Assembly: GCA_965232515.1 (NCBI GenBank)
Contig: CBDDPY010000002.1
Location: 2,048,001-2,112,000 of the forward strand
Origin: Alphaproteobacteria bacterium
Lineage (GTDB): Bacteria > Pseudomonadota > Alphaproteobacteria > GCA-2731375
Reading direction: 5' to 3'
DNA: 64,000 bases
Position numbers and translations under genes: made by a program. Shown here piece by piece: positions 56,421 to 64,000 of this stretch (within the stretch, counting starts at the first letter, position 1; each line of letters begins with the position of its first letter). The notes below the pieces were generated by a model. It made no database searches. It was not told the DNA's origin and saw only the letters and a program-made list of their open reading frames with translations.

Positions 56421-57782
56421 TCACACTGCCGTCGACCACGTCGCCGACGCCGTGCGCAGCTTGGACGCCGGATGCGGCCATCGCGCTTCCAGGCCATCGA
56501 TCGTCAGCGGAAAGCGCGTCCGCTTCGCCGGGCCCCAGTCCGTTTCCTCGATTTCCGGCGCGACGTCGGCAACGTCTTCCTTTAACGGTTCCGGCGTCGG
56601 CGTGACCGTGCCGGCCGAGGTCAGCAGGTGCGCCGTGCGCGCGAGCGACAGGCGGGCCGAGCACACGCGGCCCCGGCGCCGCTCGGCCAGCGCCGACAAC
56701 ACGGCGGCTGCCAGCAGATATCCGGTCGCGTGGTCGAGCGCCTGCACCGGCAGCGGCGTCGGCCGGTCGGCGCCCGACGCCGCCATGCCGTGCTGCGCGA
56801 TGCCGCTGCTCATCTGCACCAGGCTGTCGAAGCCGCGCCGGCCAGCCCAGGGTCCGGTCCAGCCATAGGCGTCGAGCGACACGTCCACCAATCCCGGATT
56901 GCGTTGCCGCCGCGCATCTGGATCGAAGCCGAGCCCCGGCAGCGCGCCGGGACGATAGCCGTGCAGCAGCACGTCGGCCGAGGCCAGCAGCCGCTCGAAC
57001 ACCGCGCGGTCGTCGGGTTCCTTCAGGTTCAGCCCGGCACAACGCTTGCCCAGCGTCACCTCCGGCACGACGCCGGGCTCGTCCCAGTCCGGCGGATCGA
57101 TGCGCAGCACGTCGGCCCCGAACGCGGCCAGGAACCGGCTCGCCACCGGCCCCGCCAGCACCCGCGTCAGGTCGAGCACGCGCAAGCCCGCGAGCGGCCG
57201 GGCGCGGTCGATTGGTTCGGATCGCGCCTCGACCGGGTCGTGCTCGGCCCAGGCGACCAGCGGTTCGGCCGCCACCGCCTTGCCCTGCGGATGCGCCGCC
57301 CAGTCGTCAAGGCCGCGCATCTCGGCGGCGCAGCCGCCGGCCTCGACCACCGCCGTCTCCAGGTCGGTCGCGTCCCAGCCCGCGACCGCGCGCGCCACAT
57401 CGTCCCGTTCCGCCGCCGTGCCGAGCACCGACAGCGCCGCCGCCCGGTGCGCCGGCGCGTTGGTGTGCAGCCGGATCCAGCCGTCCTTCGCCGGATAGTC
57501 GCCGGCCACCGGATCCCATGTCGGCGGCATCTGCCAGCCGTCCGGATGCAGCGTCCAGCCGAACCACAACGAGGCCAGCCGCCGGTCGACGGTCACCGCC
57601 GGCGCCGCGTCACCGTCCACCGCATAGCGCGCCAACATCCGCCCGGCCGCGCCGACCGACGCGGCGGCGAGATCCGTGACGCCAAACCAGGACGGCAGCT
57701 CCCCCTCGCCCACAACCGCGAGCGGCGCATCGTCCTCGGCGTCAAAGGCAGTGGCGATCTCGGCCAGGAACCGAAGGGTCAT
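56421..57782 (-). CDS. CaiB/BaiF family III CoA-transferase (long form)
   Basis: PLAGLRVLDLTRVLAGP, GKR, GYRPG and RRGFDSLVQ motifs. Confidence 0.9.
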   Translation of the reverse strand: MTLRFLAEIATAFDAEDDAPLAVVGEGELPSWFGVTDLAAASVGAAGRMLARYAVDGDAAPAVTVDRRLASLWFGWTLHPDGWQMPPTWDPVAGDYPAKDGWIRLHTNAPAHRAAALSVLGTAAERDDVARAVAGWDATDLETAVVEAGGCAAEMRGLDDWAAHPQGKAVAAEPLVAWAEHDPVEARSEPIDRARPLAGLRVLDLTRVLAGPVASRFLAAFGADVLRIDPPDWDEPGVVPEVTLGKRCAGLNLKEPDDRAVFERLLASADVLLHGYRPGALPGLGFDPDARRQRNPGLVDVSLDAYGWTGPWAGRRGFDSLVQMSSGIAQHGMAASGADRPTPLPVQALDHATGYLLAAAVLSALAERRRGRVCSARLSLARTAHLLTSAGTVTPTPEPLKEDVADVAPEIEETDWGPAKRTRFPLTIDGLEARWPHPASKLRTASATWSTAV

Positions 57783-57964
57783 GACATCTCCTCCAAAACG
57801 GCGGGGTCACTGCAGGAAGCCGCCGATCCGATCCGCGGTCAACGCTGATTGATGGAATCAACATATCGGCCGTCCGTGACGGCACGAACGCACGGCGTTA
57901 CGCTTGCCCGAAACGGCGCGGAAAGACATGTCGACCACCTGCCGGAGCAGAGGGATCTGAGCCA

Positions 57965-58762
57965 ATGACGAATTCGCTCCTGTTCGAGTCCGACGACTTC
58001 ACCTGCGAGCTGAAGGATCGCGTCGCCGTCCTTCGCCTGAAACAGGGCGCCTTCGGGCTCCTGACCAACCTCGACACCCGGGCGGACTATTTCTCCGTTG
58101 CGTCGCGGATCGAGGAGTCCCGGGACATCCTCGGTCTGGTGATGCTCAATACCAGCGAATATCCGGGCGATACTGAATACCGGGACTTTATCGGCCAGAT
58201 CACGGCCATCGATGAAGCCAGCGTCAAGGGACGGCGTCTGCTGCTCTCGATCAAGGAGAATTCGCTGGCCCTGGTCACGCTACAGGCTGCCGCCTTCAAG
58301 AAACCGCTTGTCGCCGGCTTTCAGGGCACCATCACCGCCGCGTTCCTGGGCCTCAGCCTGGGATTCGATTTCCGGCTTGCGGCGCCCGACACGGTGTTTG
58401 ACTTCCCGATGGCCAGCCTGGGCTTTCCGCTCGGCGGCGCCATCTGCTTCTATCTGCCGCTCTATGTCGGCCAGCAGCGCGCGACCGAGCTGCTTCTCTC
58501 CGGAGAGCCGGTCGAGGCGCGTCAGGCCGTCGCGGATGGCTTCGTCAACGAGGTGGTGTCCGACGGCGAGCTGGAAGACCGTTGCCGCGCGATCGTCGAG
58601 CGCACCGCGACACTGCCGTCGCACGCCGTCGCCGCGACACGGGCGCTGCTGCATCCCGATCCGGCGGATCTGCGGCGCCATCTCGATCGGGCGTTCGACA
58701 CCACGCATGGCGCGTTGGCGCAGATGAACCGCGAATACGCCCGACGTACAGGGGCCTCGTAG
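57965..58762 (+). CDS. Crotonase/enoyl-CoA hydratase-fold protein (divergent)
   Basis: KPLVAGFQG, DFRLA and ATELLLSGEPVEARQAVADGFVNEVV motifs. Confidence 0.8.
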   Translation: MTNSLLFESDDFTCELKDRVAVLRLKQGAFGLLTNLDTRADYFSVASRIEESRDILGLVMLNTSEYPGDTEYRDFIGQITAIDEASVKGRRLLLSIKENSLALVTLQAAAFKKPLVAGFQGTITAAFLGLSLGFDFRLAAPDTVFDFPMASLGFPLGGAICFYLPLYVGQQRATELLLSGEPVEARQAVADGFVNEVVSDGELEDRCRAIVERTATLPSHAVAATRALLHPDPADLRRHLDRAFDTTHGALAQMNREYARRTGAS

Positions 58763-58852
58763 CGCCAGGCTGTATCCGACCGCGTTTGCACCCGCGCCTT
58801 TGTCGGCAGGAACGGGCGCGCTAGGCTTTGCCGAAACGATGTGGAGGACGCG

Positions 58853-60178
58853 ATGCTGACGGCGGAAGAAAACGATCTCCTCACACGCACCGGTCCGGAA
58901 ACGGCAATGGGCCAGTACTTCCGGCGCTTCTGGCAGCCGGTGGCGCTGTCCGAAGAGCTCGCCGAGCCCGACGGCGCGCCGGTGCGGGTCAACATCCTGG
59001 GCGAGGCGCTGGTCGGCTTCCGCGACAGCGAGGGCCGCATCGGCCTGATCGACTCCCATTGCCCGCACCGCGGCGCCAACCTGTTCTACGGCCGCAACGA
59101 GGATTGCGGCCTGCGCTGCGTCTATCACGGCTGGAAGTTCGACGTGACGGGCAAGGCCGTCGACCTGCCGAACGTGCCGCCGGGCGCGCGGCACCACGAC
59201 TCCATTCGCGTCAAGGCCTATCCGACGCGCGAATACGGCGGTTTCGTCTGGGCTTATCTCGGCCCCGCCGCCGACGCGTTGCCGGGCGGCGCGCTGCCGC
59301 AAGTCCCGCAACTCGAGTTCGGCCTGGTGCCGCCCGAGAACCGCTACGTCACCAAGCAGCTCATGGAGTGCAACTGGGCGCAGATCATGGAGGGCGACCT
59401 CGACACCTCGCACTTCTCGTTCCTACACATGCCGGCGCCCAGCGTGCCGTCGAACGAGAACCCCGACGCGCCGGCCGACGCCCGCAGGTTGCGCTGGATC
59501 CGCAGCGATCCCATGCCGCAATTCTCGATCCAAGAACACGAGGTCGGCTTCGTCGTCGGCGGCGCCCGGGATGCCGACGGCGAGCGCTACTGGCGCATGA
59601 CCCAGTTCATGCTGCCCTCGCACGGCACCGGCCCGTCCGCCATGCCGGGCGAGACCTATTTCGGCTTCACCATCGTGCCGATCACCGACGAGGCGGCCTG
59701 GGTCTTCACCTATGGCTGGAATCCGGAGCGCGTGATCGACGCCGACGAGCGGGCCAAGTTCCGCGGCGGCCACGGCGTCATCGCCGAGCTCGGGCCGGAC
59801 TACATGCCGCTCAGGAATCGTTCGAACGATTTCATGATCGACCGCGACGACCAGAAGCACCGCAGCTTCACCGGCGTCAAGGGCCTGGCCGAGCAGGACG
59901 CCATGATCCAGCAGAGCCAGGGCTACATCGTCGACCGCACGCGCGAGAACCTGACGGCGACCGATGCCGCCGTCGTCCGCTTCCGCCGCACGCTCTTGGC
60001 CGCCGCGACGTCACTCGCCGCCGGCGCCGAGCCCGAGGCGCCCTATCAACACAACCTCTACACCGCCCGCCCCGGCAGCTGGTTCGCCACAGAGGGCGTC
60101 TCCTTCGAAGACGTCATGCGCGACAGGTTCGGCCACCCGCTGGGGCGGGTGGCGGCGGGTTCCGAAGCTGCCGAATAG
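58853..60178 (+). CDS. Rieske non-heme iron oxygenase alpha subunit (phthalate 4,5-dioxygenase/LigX-like)
   Basis: ENDLLTRTGP, CPHRG..CVYHGWKF, EGDLDTSHFSFLH and EQD motifs. Confidence 0.92.
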   Translation: MLTAEENDLLTRTGPETAMGQYFRRFWQPVALSEELAEPDGAPVRVNILGEALVGFRDSEGRIGLIDSHCPHRGANLFYGRNEDCGLRCVYHGWKFDVTGKAVDLPNVPPGARHHDSIRVKAYPTREYGGFVWAYLGPAADALPGGALPQVPQLEFGLVPPENRYVTKQLMECNWAQIMEGDLDTSHFSFLHMPAPSVPSNENPDAPADARRLRWIRSDPMPQFSIQEHEVGFVVGGARDADGERYWRMTQFMLPSHGTGPSAMPGETYFGFTIVPITDEAAWVFTYGWNPERVIDADERAKFRGGHGVIAELGPDYMPLRNRSNDFMIDRDDQKHRSFTGVKGLAEQDAMIQQSQGYIVDRTRENLTATDAAVVRFRRTLLAAATSLAAGAEPEAPYQHNLYTARPGSWFATEGVSFEDVMRDRFGHPLGRVAAGSEAAE

Positions 60179-60181
60179 CAA

Positions 60182-60213
60182 TCCCTCTCCCCCAGCCATA
60201 TGGGGGAGAGGGA
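60182..60213. repeat. REP-like hairpin / bidirectional terminator
   Basis: tccctctccccca-gccata-tgggggagaggga (13-bp stem) between convergent genes; same family as 34318-34394. Confidence 0.7.
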
Positions 60214-60226
60214 AAATGGAACACCC

Positions 60227-61084
60227 CTACTCCAAAACCACCAGCGTGCGGATCTCGATGCTCTCGCGCGGCGGGGCATCGGCGCGGACGTCGGTCGGGT
60301 CGAAGGCACCGTGCGGGGTGAAGCGCGCGCGGCCGTCATCCAGGCTGTCCCAGCCCTTGATCAGCAGCACTTCGTCCTTGGTCATCTCGGGCGCGTAGTA
60401 CCAGCGCTGCGCCGGTCCGTGTGCGACGTTGTAGATCTCGCCGACCCGGTGGGGGAAGATCTGGTCGGTGGCGATCAGTTCGTCGTCTTTCACGCTCGCC
60501 GCGTCGGCCAGCGCCAGCGGCGAGCGTTCGACCGGGCCGCGGATCGGCCGCCAGACATTGACCTGCACGATGCGCGCGCCGGCCTTCTCCAGCCGCGCCG
60601 CCTCGACCTCGCCCAGGATGTCCTTCACCCGTTGCGGGCCGCTGGCGACGGTATAGTCCACGTGCACGCGCGTCGCCGGCCCGCGCAGGCCATCCGGATT
60701 GGCCGCGCCTTCGGGGCTGTCCGACCGGCGTGTCGCGTCGAAGATCACAACCCGGCCGCCGCCGAACCGTTCGCGCAGCATCGCCTCGATCTCGGGGTAG
60801 TAGACCTGTTCGATGGCCGCGTCGTCATAGAGGTCATCGACCGCGGTCGGCGAGGTCAGCAGCTCGAAACCCTCGCGTTCCAGCGACAAATCATCGGCGA
60901 TCGGCCGCATGTCGGCGATATCAACGGTCTGCGCGTCGGTCGAAAAGAAGATTTCCGGATCGCCGCCGGTCAGCGCCGAGCTATGAAAGAACGGCTTGCT
61001 GTCCTGGCGTTCGATGAAGTTCAGAGTGGCGCTGACATCGGCGGCGGCGTCCGTCGACAAAGCGGAAGAAGCGGTGGCGGTCAT
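60227..61084 (-). CDS. CmcJ/NvfI(AsaB)-family oxidoreductase
   Basis: LSLEREGFEL, YYPE, RVHVDYT, NVWRPI, PLALAD, PHGAF and RESIEIR motifs. Confidence 0.85.
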   Translation of the reverse strand: MTATASSALSTDAAADVSATLNFIERQDSKPFFHSSALTGGDPEIFFSTDAQTVDIADMRPIADDLSLEREGFELLTSPTAVDDLYDDAAIEQVYYPEIEAMLRERFGGGRVVIFDATRRSDSPEGAANPDGLRGPATRVHVDYTVASGPQRVKDILGEVEAARLEKAGARIVQVNVWRPIRGPVERSPLALADAASVKDDELIATDQIFPHRVGEIYNVAHGPAQRWYYAPEMTKDEVLLIKGWDSLDDGRARFTPHGAFDPTDVRADAPPRESIEIRTLVVLE

Positions 61085-61188
61085 GGTACGAATTCCTTGC
61101 CTGGTCGGCCGCACGGGGCCGGTGTTGTCCGATGCTCCCAGACTTGGTCAGGACGACCGGTCCGTTCCAGCGAGTTCGCTTCATTTCG

Positions 61189-61207
61189 ACTTGAATTTCA
61201 TTCAAGT
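61189..61207. promoter_or_regulatory. LysR-type binding palindrome
   Basis: acttgaat-ttc-attcaagt (8-3-8) upstream of the CmcJ-family gene; a related tgaaggaaattcaagt lies at 62143-62158, upstream of the LysR gene. Confidence 0.65.
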
Positions 61208-62121
61208 TAAGCGTTGGTGTTTACCCATTCCTCCGCGGTCTCGTTCAGCCAGCGCTCGACGCGACGGCCGGCCGCCGTCGGCGTCACATCGGCGGTGCGG
61301 CAGAGATAGTAGGCGGCGCCGGTCGGATCGGCCGCGCCGAAGGGCGCCACCAGACGGCCGCGGGCCAGCCAGTCGTCCACCACCGGCCGGCGTCCCATGG
61401 CGAGGCCGTGGCCGCTCTCGGCCACCTGCAGCGCCTGCTCGATAGCATCGAACACAATCAAGTCGCCGGGCGGCGGCGGCTTCAGCCCATGCGCCCGCGT
61501 CCATTCCTCCCAGTCGTCGGGAAAGTTGACCGTGGTGATGAACCGCACGCCTCGAAGGCTGGCCGCCGAGGGCGGCTTGCCGTCGAGGTCCAGATACCCC
61601 GGCGCGCAGACCGGCATGGCCGTTTCCGGCAGCAGAAACGTGGCCGCGATATCCGGCCAGTCGCCCTTGCCGTGGCGGATCGCCAGCTCGACCTGATCGC
61701 GCCGCAGGTCGACGACGCGCGTCGTCGTTACCAGCTGCAGGTCGATCTCGGCCTGCGTCCGCTCGAAGGCGCCGAGCCGCGGGATCAGCCAGGTCGCGGC
61801 CAGCGACGGCGGCAGCGTCAGGCGCACGATGGCTCGCCCGCTCGCCGGCAACAGGGCCTCGGTCGCCGCGTGGATCTGCTGCATCGCCGGCTCGATCTGC
61901 GCCAGATAGCGCCGGCCGGCATCCGTCAGCGTCGGCCGCCGTCCCGTCCGGTCGATCAGCGCGGTTTGGAGGAATTCCTCCAGCCGCCGCACCTGATGAC
62001 TGATCGCCGATTCCGTCAAGCCTAAGCTCTCCGCCGCGTCGCGATAGCGCTCATGTGTCGCCGCCGCATGAAATGCCCGCAAGGCCGCGAACGGCGGCAA
62101 GGTCAGCTTCCCTTTCGCCAT
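61207..62121 (-). CDS. LysR-family regulator (GcvA-like)
   Basis: LPPFAALRAFHAAA..AAESLGLTESAISHQVRRLE, WLIPRL and AIRHGKGDW motifs. Confidence 0.93.
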   Translation of the reverse strand: MAKGKLTLPPFAALRAFHAAATHERYRDAAESLGLTESAISHQVRRLEEFLQTALIDRTGRRPTLTDAGRRYLAQIEPAMQQIHAATEALLPASGRAIVRLTLPPSLAATWLIPRLGAFERTQAEIDLQLVTTTRVVDLRRDQVELAIRHGKGDWPDIAATFLLPETAMPVCAPGYLDLDGKPPSAASLRGVRFITTVNFPDDWEEWTRAHGLKPPPPGDLIVFDAIEQALQVAESGHGLAMGRRPVVDDWLARGRLVAPFGAADPTGAAYYLCRTADVTPTAAGRRVERWLNETAEEWVNTNA

Positions 62122-62168
62122 CCTCCGACCCTGCGGCAAAGGTGAAGGAAATTCAAGTCACTGGCATG

Positions 62169-63146
62169 TCAGGTCAGCACGACGATCTTGCCGCCGGCGA
62201 TGTTCGCTTCCATGGCGCGATGCGCCGCGACGATGTCGTCGAGTTCGTAGACGCGGCCGATCGGTGGACGGATCTCGCCAGCTTCGACTTGGTCGACGAA
62301 GGCCTGCAGCGGCGTTTGCAGGAACTCATCGACGCCGCCGGCATAGGTCGTCAGACCGACCGCGGTCGGGATCGCCGCCATGGGGCTGAAGTTTGCGATC
62401 TCCCACGCCCCGCCGACCATGCCGGTCATGCAGACCCGGCCCCCGGCGGCGGCGCAACGCAGCGAGTCCGCAAGCGTCGTCGTGCCGACCAGCTCCAGCA
62501 CCTTGTCGACGCCGCCAGGCGCCAGGTCACGAACGGCATCGGCGATCGCGCCATCGTCGATCACCACGTCATGGGCGCCGTTGGCCAGCAGTCGGTCGCC
62601 GCGGTCTTCATTCCGGGTCGTGGCCAAAACCCGGACGCCCTGTCGCCTCGCGATGTTTGCCGCCGCCAGGCCGACAGACGTGGTGCCGCCCCGGATCAAC
62701 AACGTCTCGCCATCGGCAATGCCGAGCGCATTGTTGAGCGAGCCCCACGCCGTCTGGACCATCTCGGGCAACGCGCCCAGAACCTCCCAGCCGAGCGACG
62801 ACCGCAGCCGGACCACCTGCCGCGCCGGCACCGCGACATATTCGGCATAGCCGCCGTCGAAGGCCCGGCCCATGCCGCCCATGGCCGTGGCCACGGTGTC
62901 GCCGGGCGCGAAGCCGCCGCCGGGGTCGCTGGCGACGCTGCCGACGGCTTCGATGCCGAGGATGCGCGGGAACCGCACATCGGGCGAGTGGCCCTGCCGG
63001 GTGAACAGCTCGGACCGGTTCAGGCCGAAGGCGCGCACCCGGATCAGGACCCAGCCCGGCCGCGGCGTCGGGATCGGGCGCTCTTCGATCGTCAGCACCT
63101 CGGGCCCGCCCGCCGAATGGATCACGACGGCCTTCATCGTGGACAT
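62169..63146 (-). CDS. Medium-chain (MDR) quinone oxidoreductase-like protein
   Basis: GGPEVL, ILGIEAVG, GGYAEY, RGGTTSVG and GKIVV motifs. Confidence 0.92.
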   Translation of the reverse strand: MSTMKAVVIHSAGGPEVLTIEERPIPTPRPGWVLIRVRAFGLNRSELFTRQGHSPDVRFPRILGIEAVGSVASDPGGGFAPGDTVATAMGGMGRAFDGGYAEYVAVPARQVVRLRSSLGWEVLGALPEMVQTAWGSLNNALGIADGETLLIRGGTTSVGLAAANIARRQGVRVLATTRNEDRGDRLLANGAHDVVIDDGAIADAVRDLAPGGVDKVLELVGTTTLADSLRCAAAGGRVCMTGMVGGAWEIANFSPMAAIPTAVGLTTYAGGVDEFLQTPLQAFVDQVEAGEIRPPIGRVYELDDIVAAHRAMEANIAGGKIVVLT

Positions 63147-63178
63147 GGTTCGCGCCCTCTCCCAGACCGTCGACGACG

Positions 63179-63655
63179 TTATGGCCGGGCGGGCTCCGTC
63201 GTCGAGAAGGCATAACGCGCGATCTTCCAGGCGCCGTCCGCCCCCTTTGTCAGCACGAACAATTCCTGATTGGCGGCCGGGCTCGCGGCGCCGTTCGCCA
63301 GCACGGTGACGGTGCCCGCGGAGTTGGTCCGGGCAAACGCCCAGGTGTCGGAGATGGACACGATCTCGGCGATCTCGAAGTCGATGTCCAGGTCGATCGC
63401 GCCGAAGACCGCCGCGTAGGCTTGCCGCACCGCCTCGGCGCCGACGGCGGACGGATTGTTTTGCGGCATGAAGACGCCATCCACGGCGTAGAGCCGCATC
63501 ACGCCGCCAACGTCACCGGCGTTCAGCGCCGTCTCATAACGCTGCAAGAGATCCGCGATGGCGGCGCCATCGCCGTCGGCCACGGCTTGAATGGCCGGCG
63601 TCAACGAAGCGGCAAATAGGACAGCGGCAAGGCCGTGTTTCACCCGGGTCAGCAT
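63179..63655 (-). CDS. Exported NTF2/SnoaL-like (DUF4440/SgcJ-type) protein
   Basis: Signal peptide; YETALNAGD, LYAVDGVFMP and WKIARY motifs. Confidence 0.82.
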   Translation of the reverse strand: MLTRVKHGLAAVLFAASLTPAIQAVADGDGAAIADLLQRYETALNAGDVGGVMRLYAVDGVFMPQNNPSAVGAEAVRQAYAAVFGAIDLDIDFEIAEIVSISDTWAFARTNSAGTVTVLANGAASPAANQELFVLTKGADGAWKIARYAFSTTEPARP

Positions 63656-63763
63656 GATCCGATCCTCCATGTGTGCGGGTTTGATCGGATCGGATATGGC
63701 ATTATCCGGTGATTGGGATTAGTCATTAAAAATTGAATTTATTATCCCAAAATTGGAATTGTT

Positions 63764-64000
63764 ATGCAGGACCTGACGGCGATGGCGTTGTTCGTTCACG
63801 TCGTGGAGCAAGGCAGCTTCACGGCGGCGGCCAGTCATCTCGGCGCGCCGCTCTCGACCGTCAGCCGGCGCATCGCCGCGCTGGAGGCATCGCTCGGCGT
63901 CCGGCTGCTCGAACGCACCACGCGGTCGCTGCGGCTCACCGAGATCGGCGAGAGCTATTACGCGCACTGCCGGCGCGGTCTGCAGGAATTCGACAGCGCG
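63764..64000 (+). CDS. LysR-family regulator (3' end truncated by the window edge)
   Basis: Reads MQDLTAMALFVHVVEQGSFTAAASHLGAPLSTVSRRIAALE..LLERTTRSLRLTE; divergent from the NTF2-like/oxidoreductase genes. Confidence 0.9.
   Translation, partial: MQDLTAMALFVHVVEQGSFTAAASHLGAPLSTVSRRIAALEASLGVRLLERTTRSLRLTEIGESYYAHCRRGLQEFDSA

Overview
GC-rich bacterial DNA, most likely an alphaproteobacterium (inferred from a PleC/DivJ-type kinase, a TipN/GPR-like polar protein and alphaproteobacterial-style REP repeats). The window is a dense accessory and metabolic region of about 60 genes. It holds two class III nucleotide cyclases (one a SAM-cyclase-STAND ATPase fused to an alpha/beta hydrolase), a complete IS5-family element inserted in a REP-type repeat, a LacI-controlled PhyH dioxygenase plus ABC importer operon, and a FadR-controlled TRAP plus DHDPS-family locus. 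It also holds an ECF sigma operon, a sensor-less histidine kinase followed by a HerA-like ATPase, three PEP-CTERM proteins (two are a tandem duplicate), and many small regulator/enzyme modules with visible operators. I saw no rRNA, tRNA or CRISPR array. The best candidate for an undescribed system is at 24632-25992 on the minus strand: a 105-aa protein built from two repeats that each display a YGQP loop, then a terminator-like hairpin, then a radical SAM enzyme lacking SPASM/Twitch cysteines. That layout is typical of a substrate plus maturase (post-translational modification) pair. All product calls come from motif recognition only; no database searches were run, and start codons were chosen by eye.
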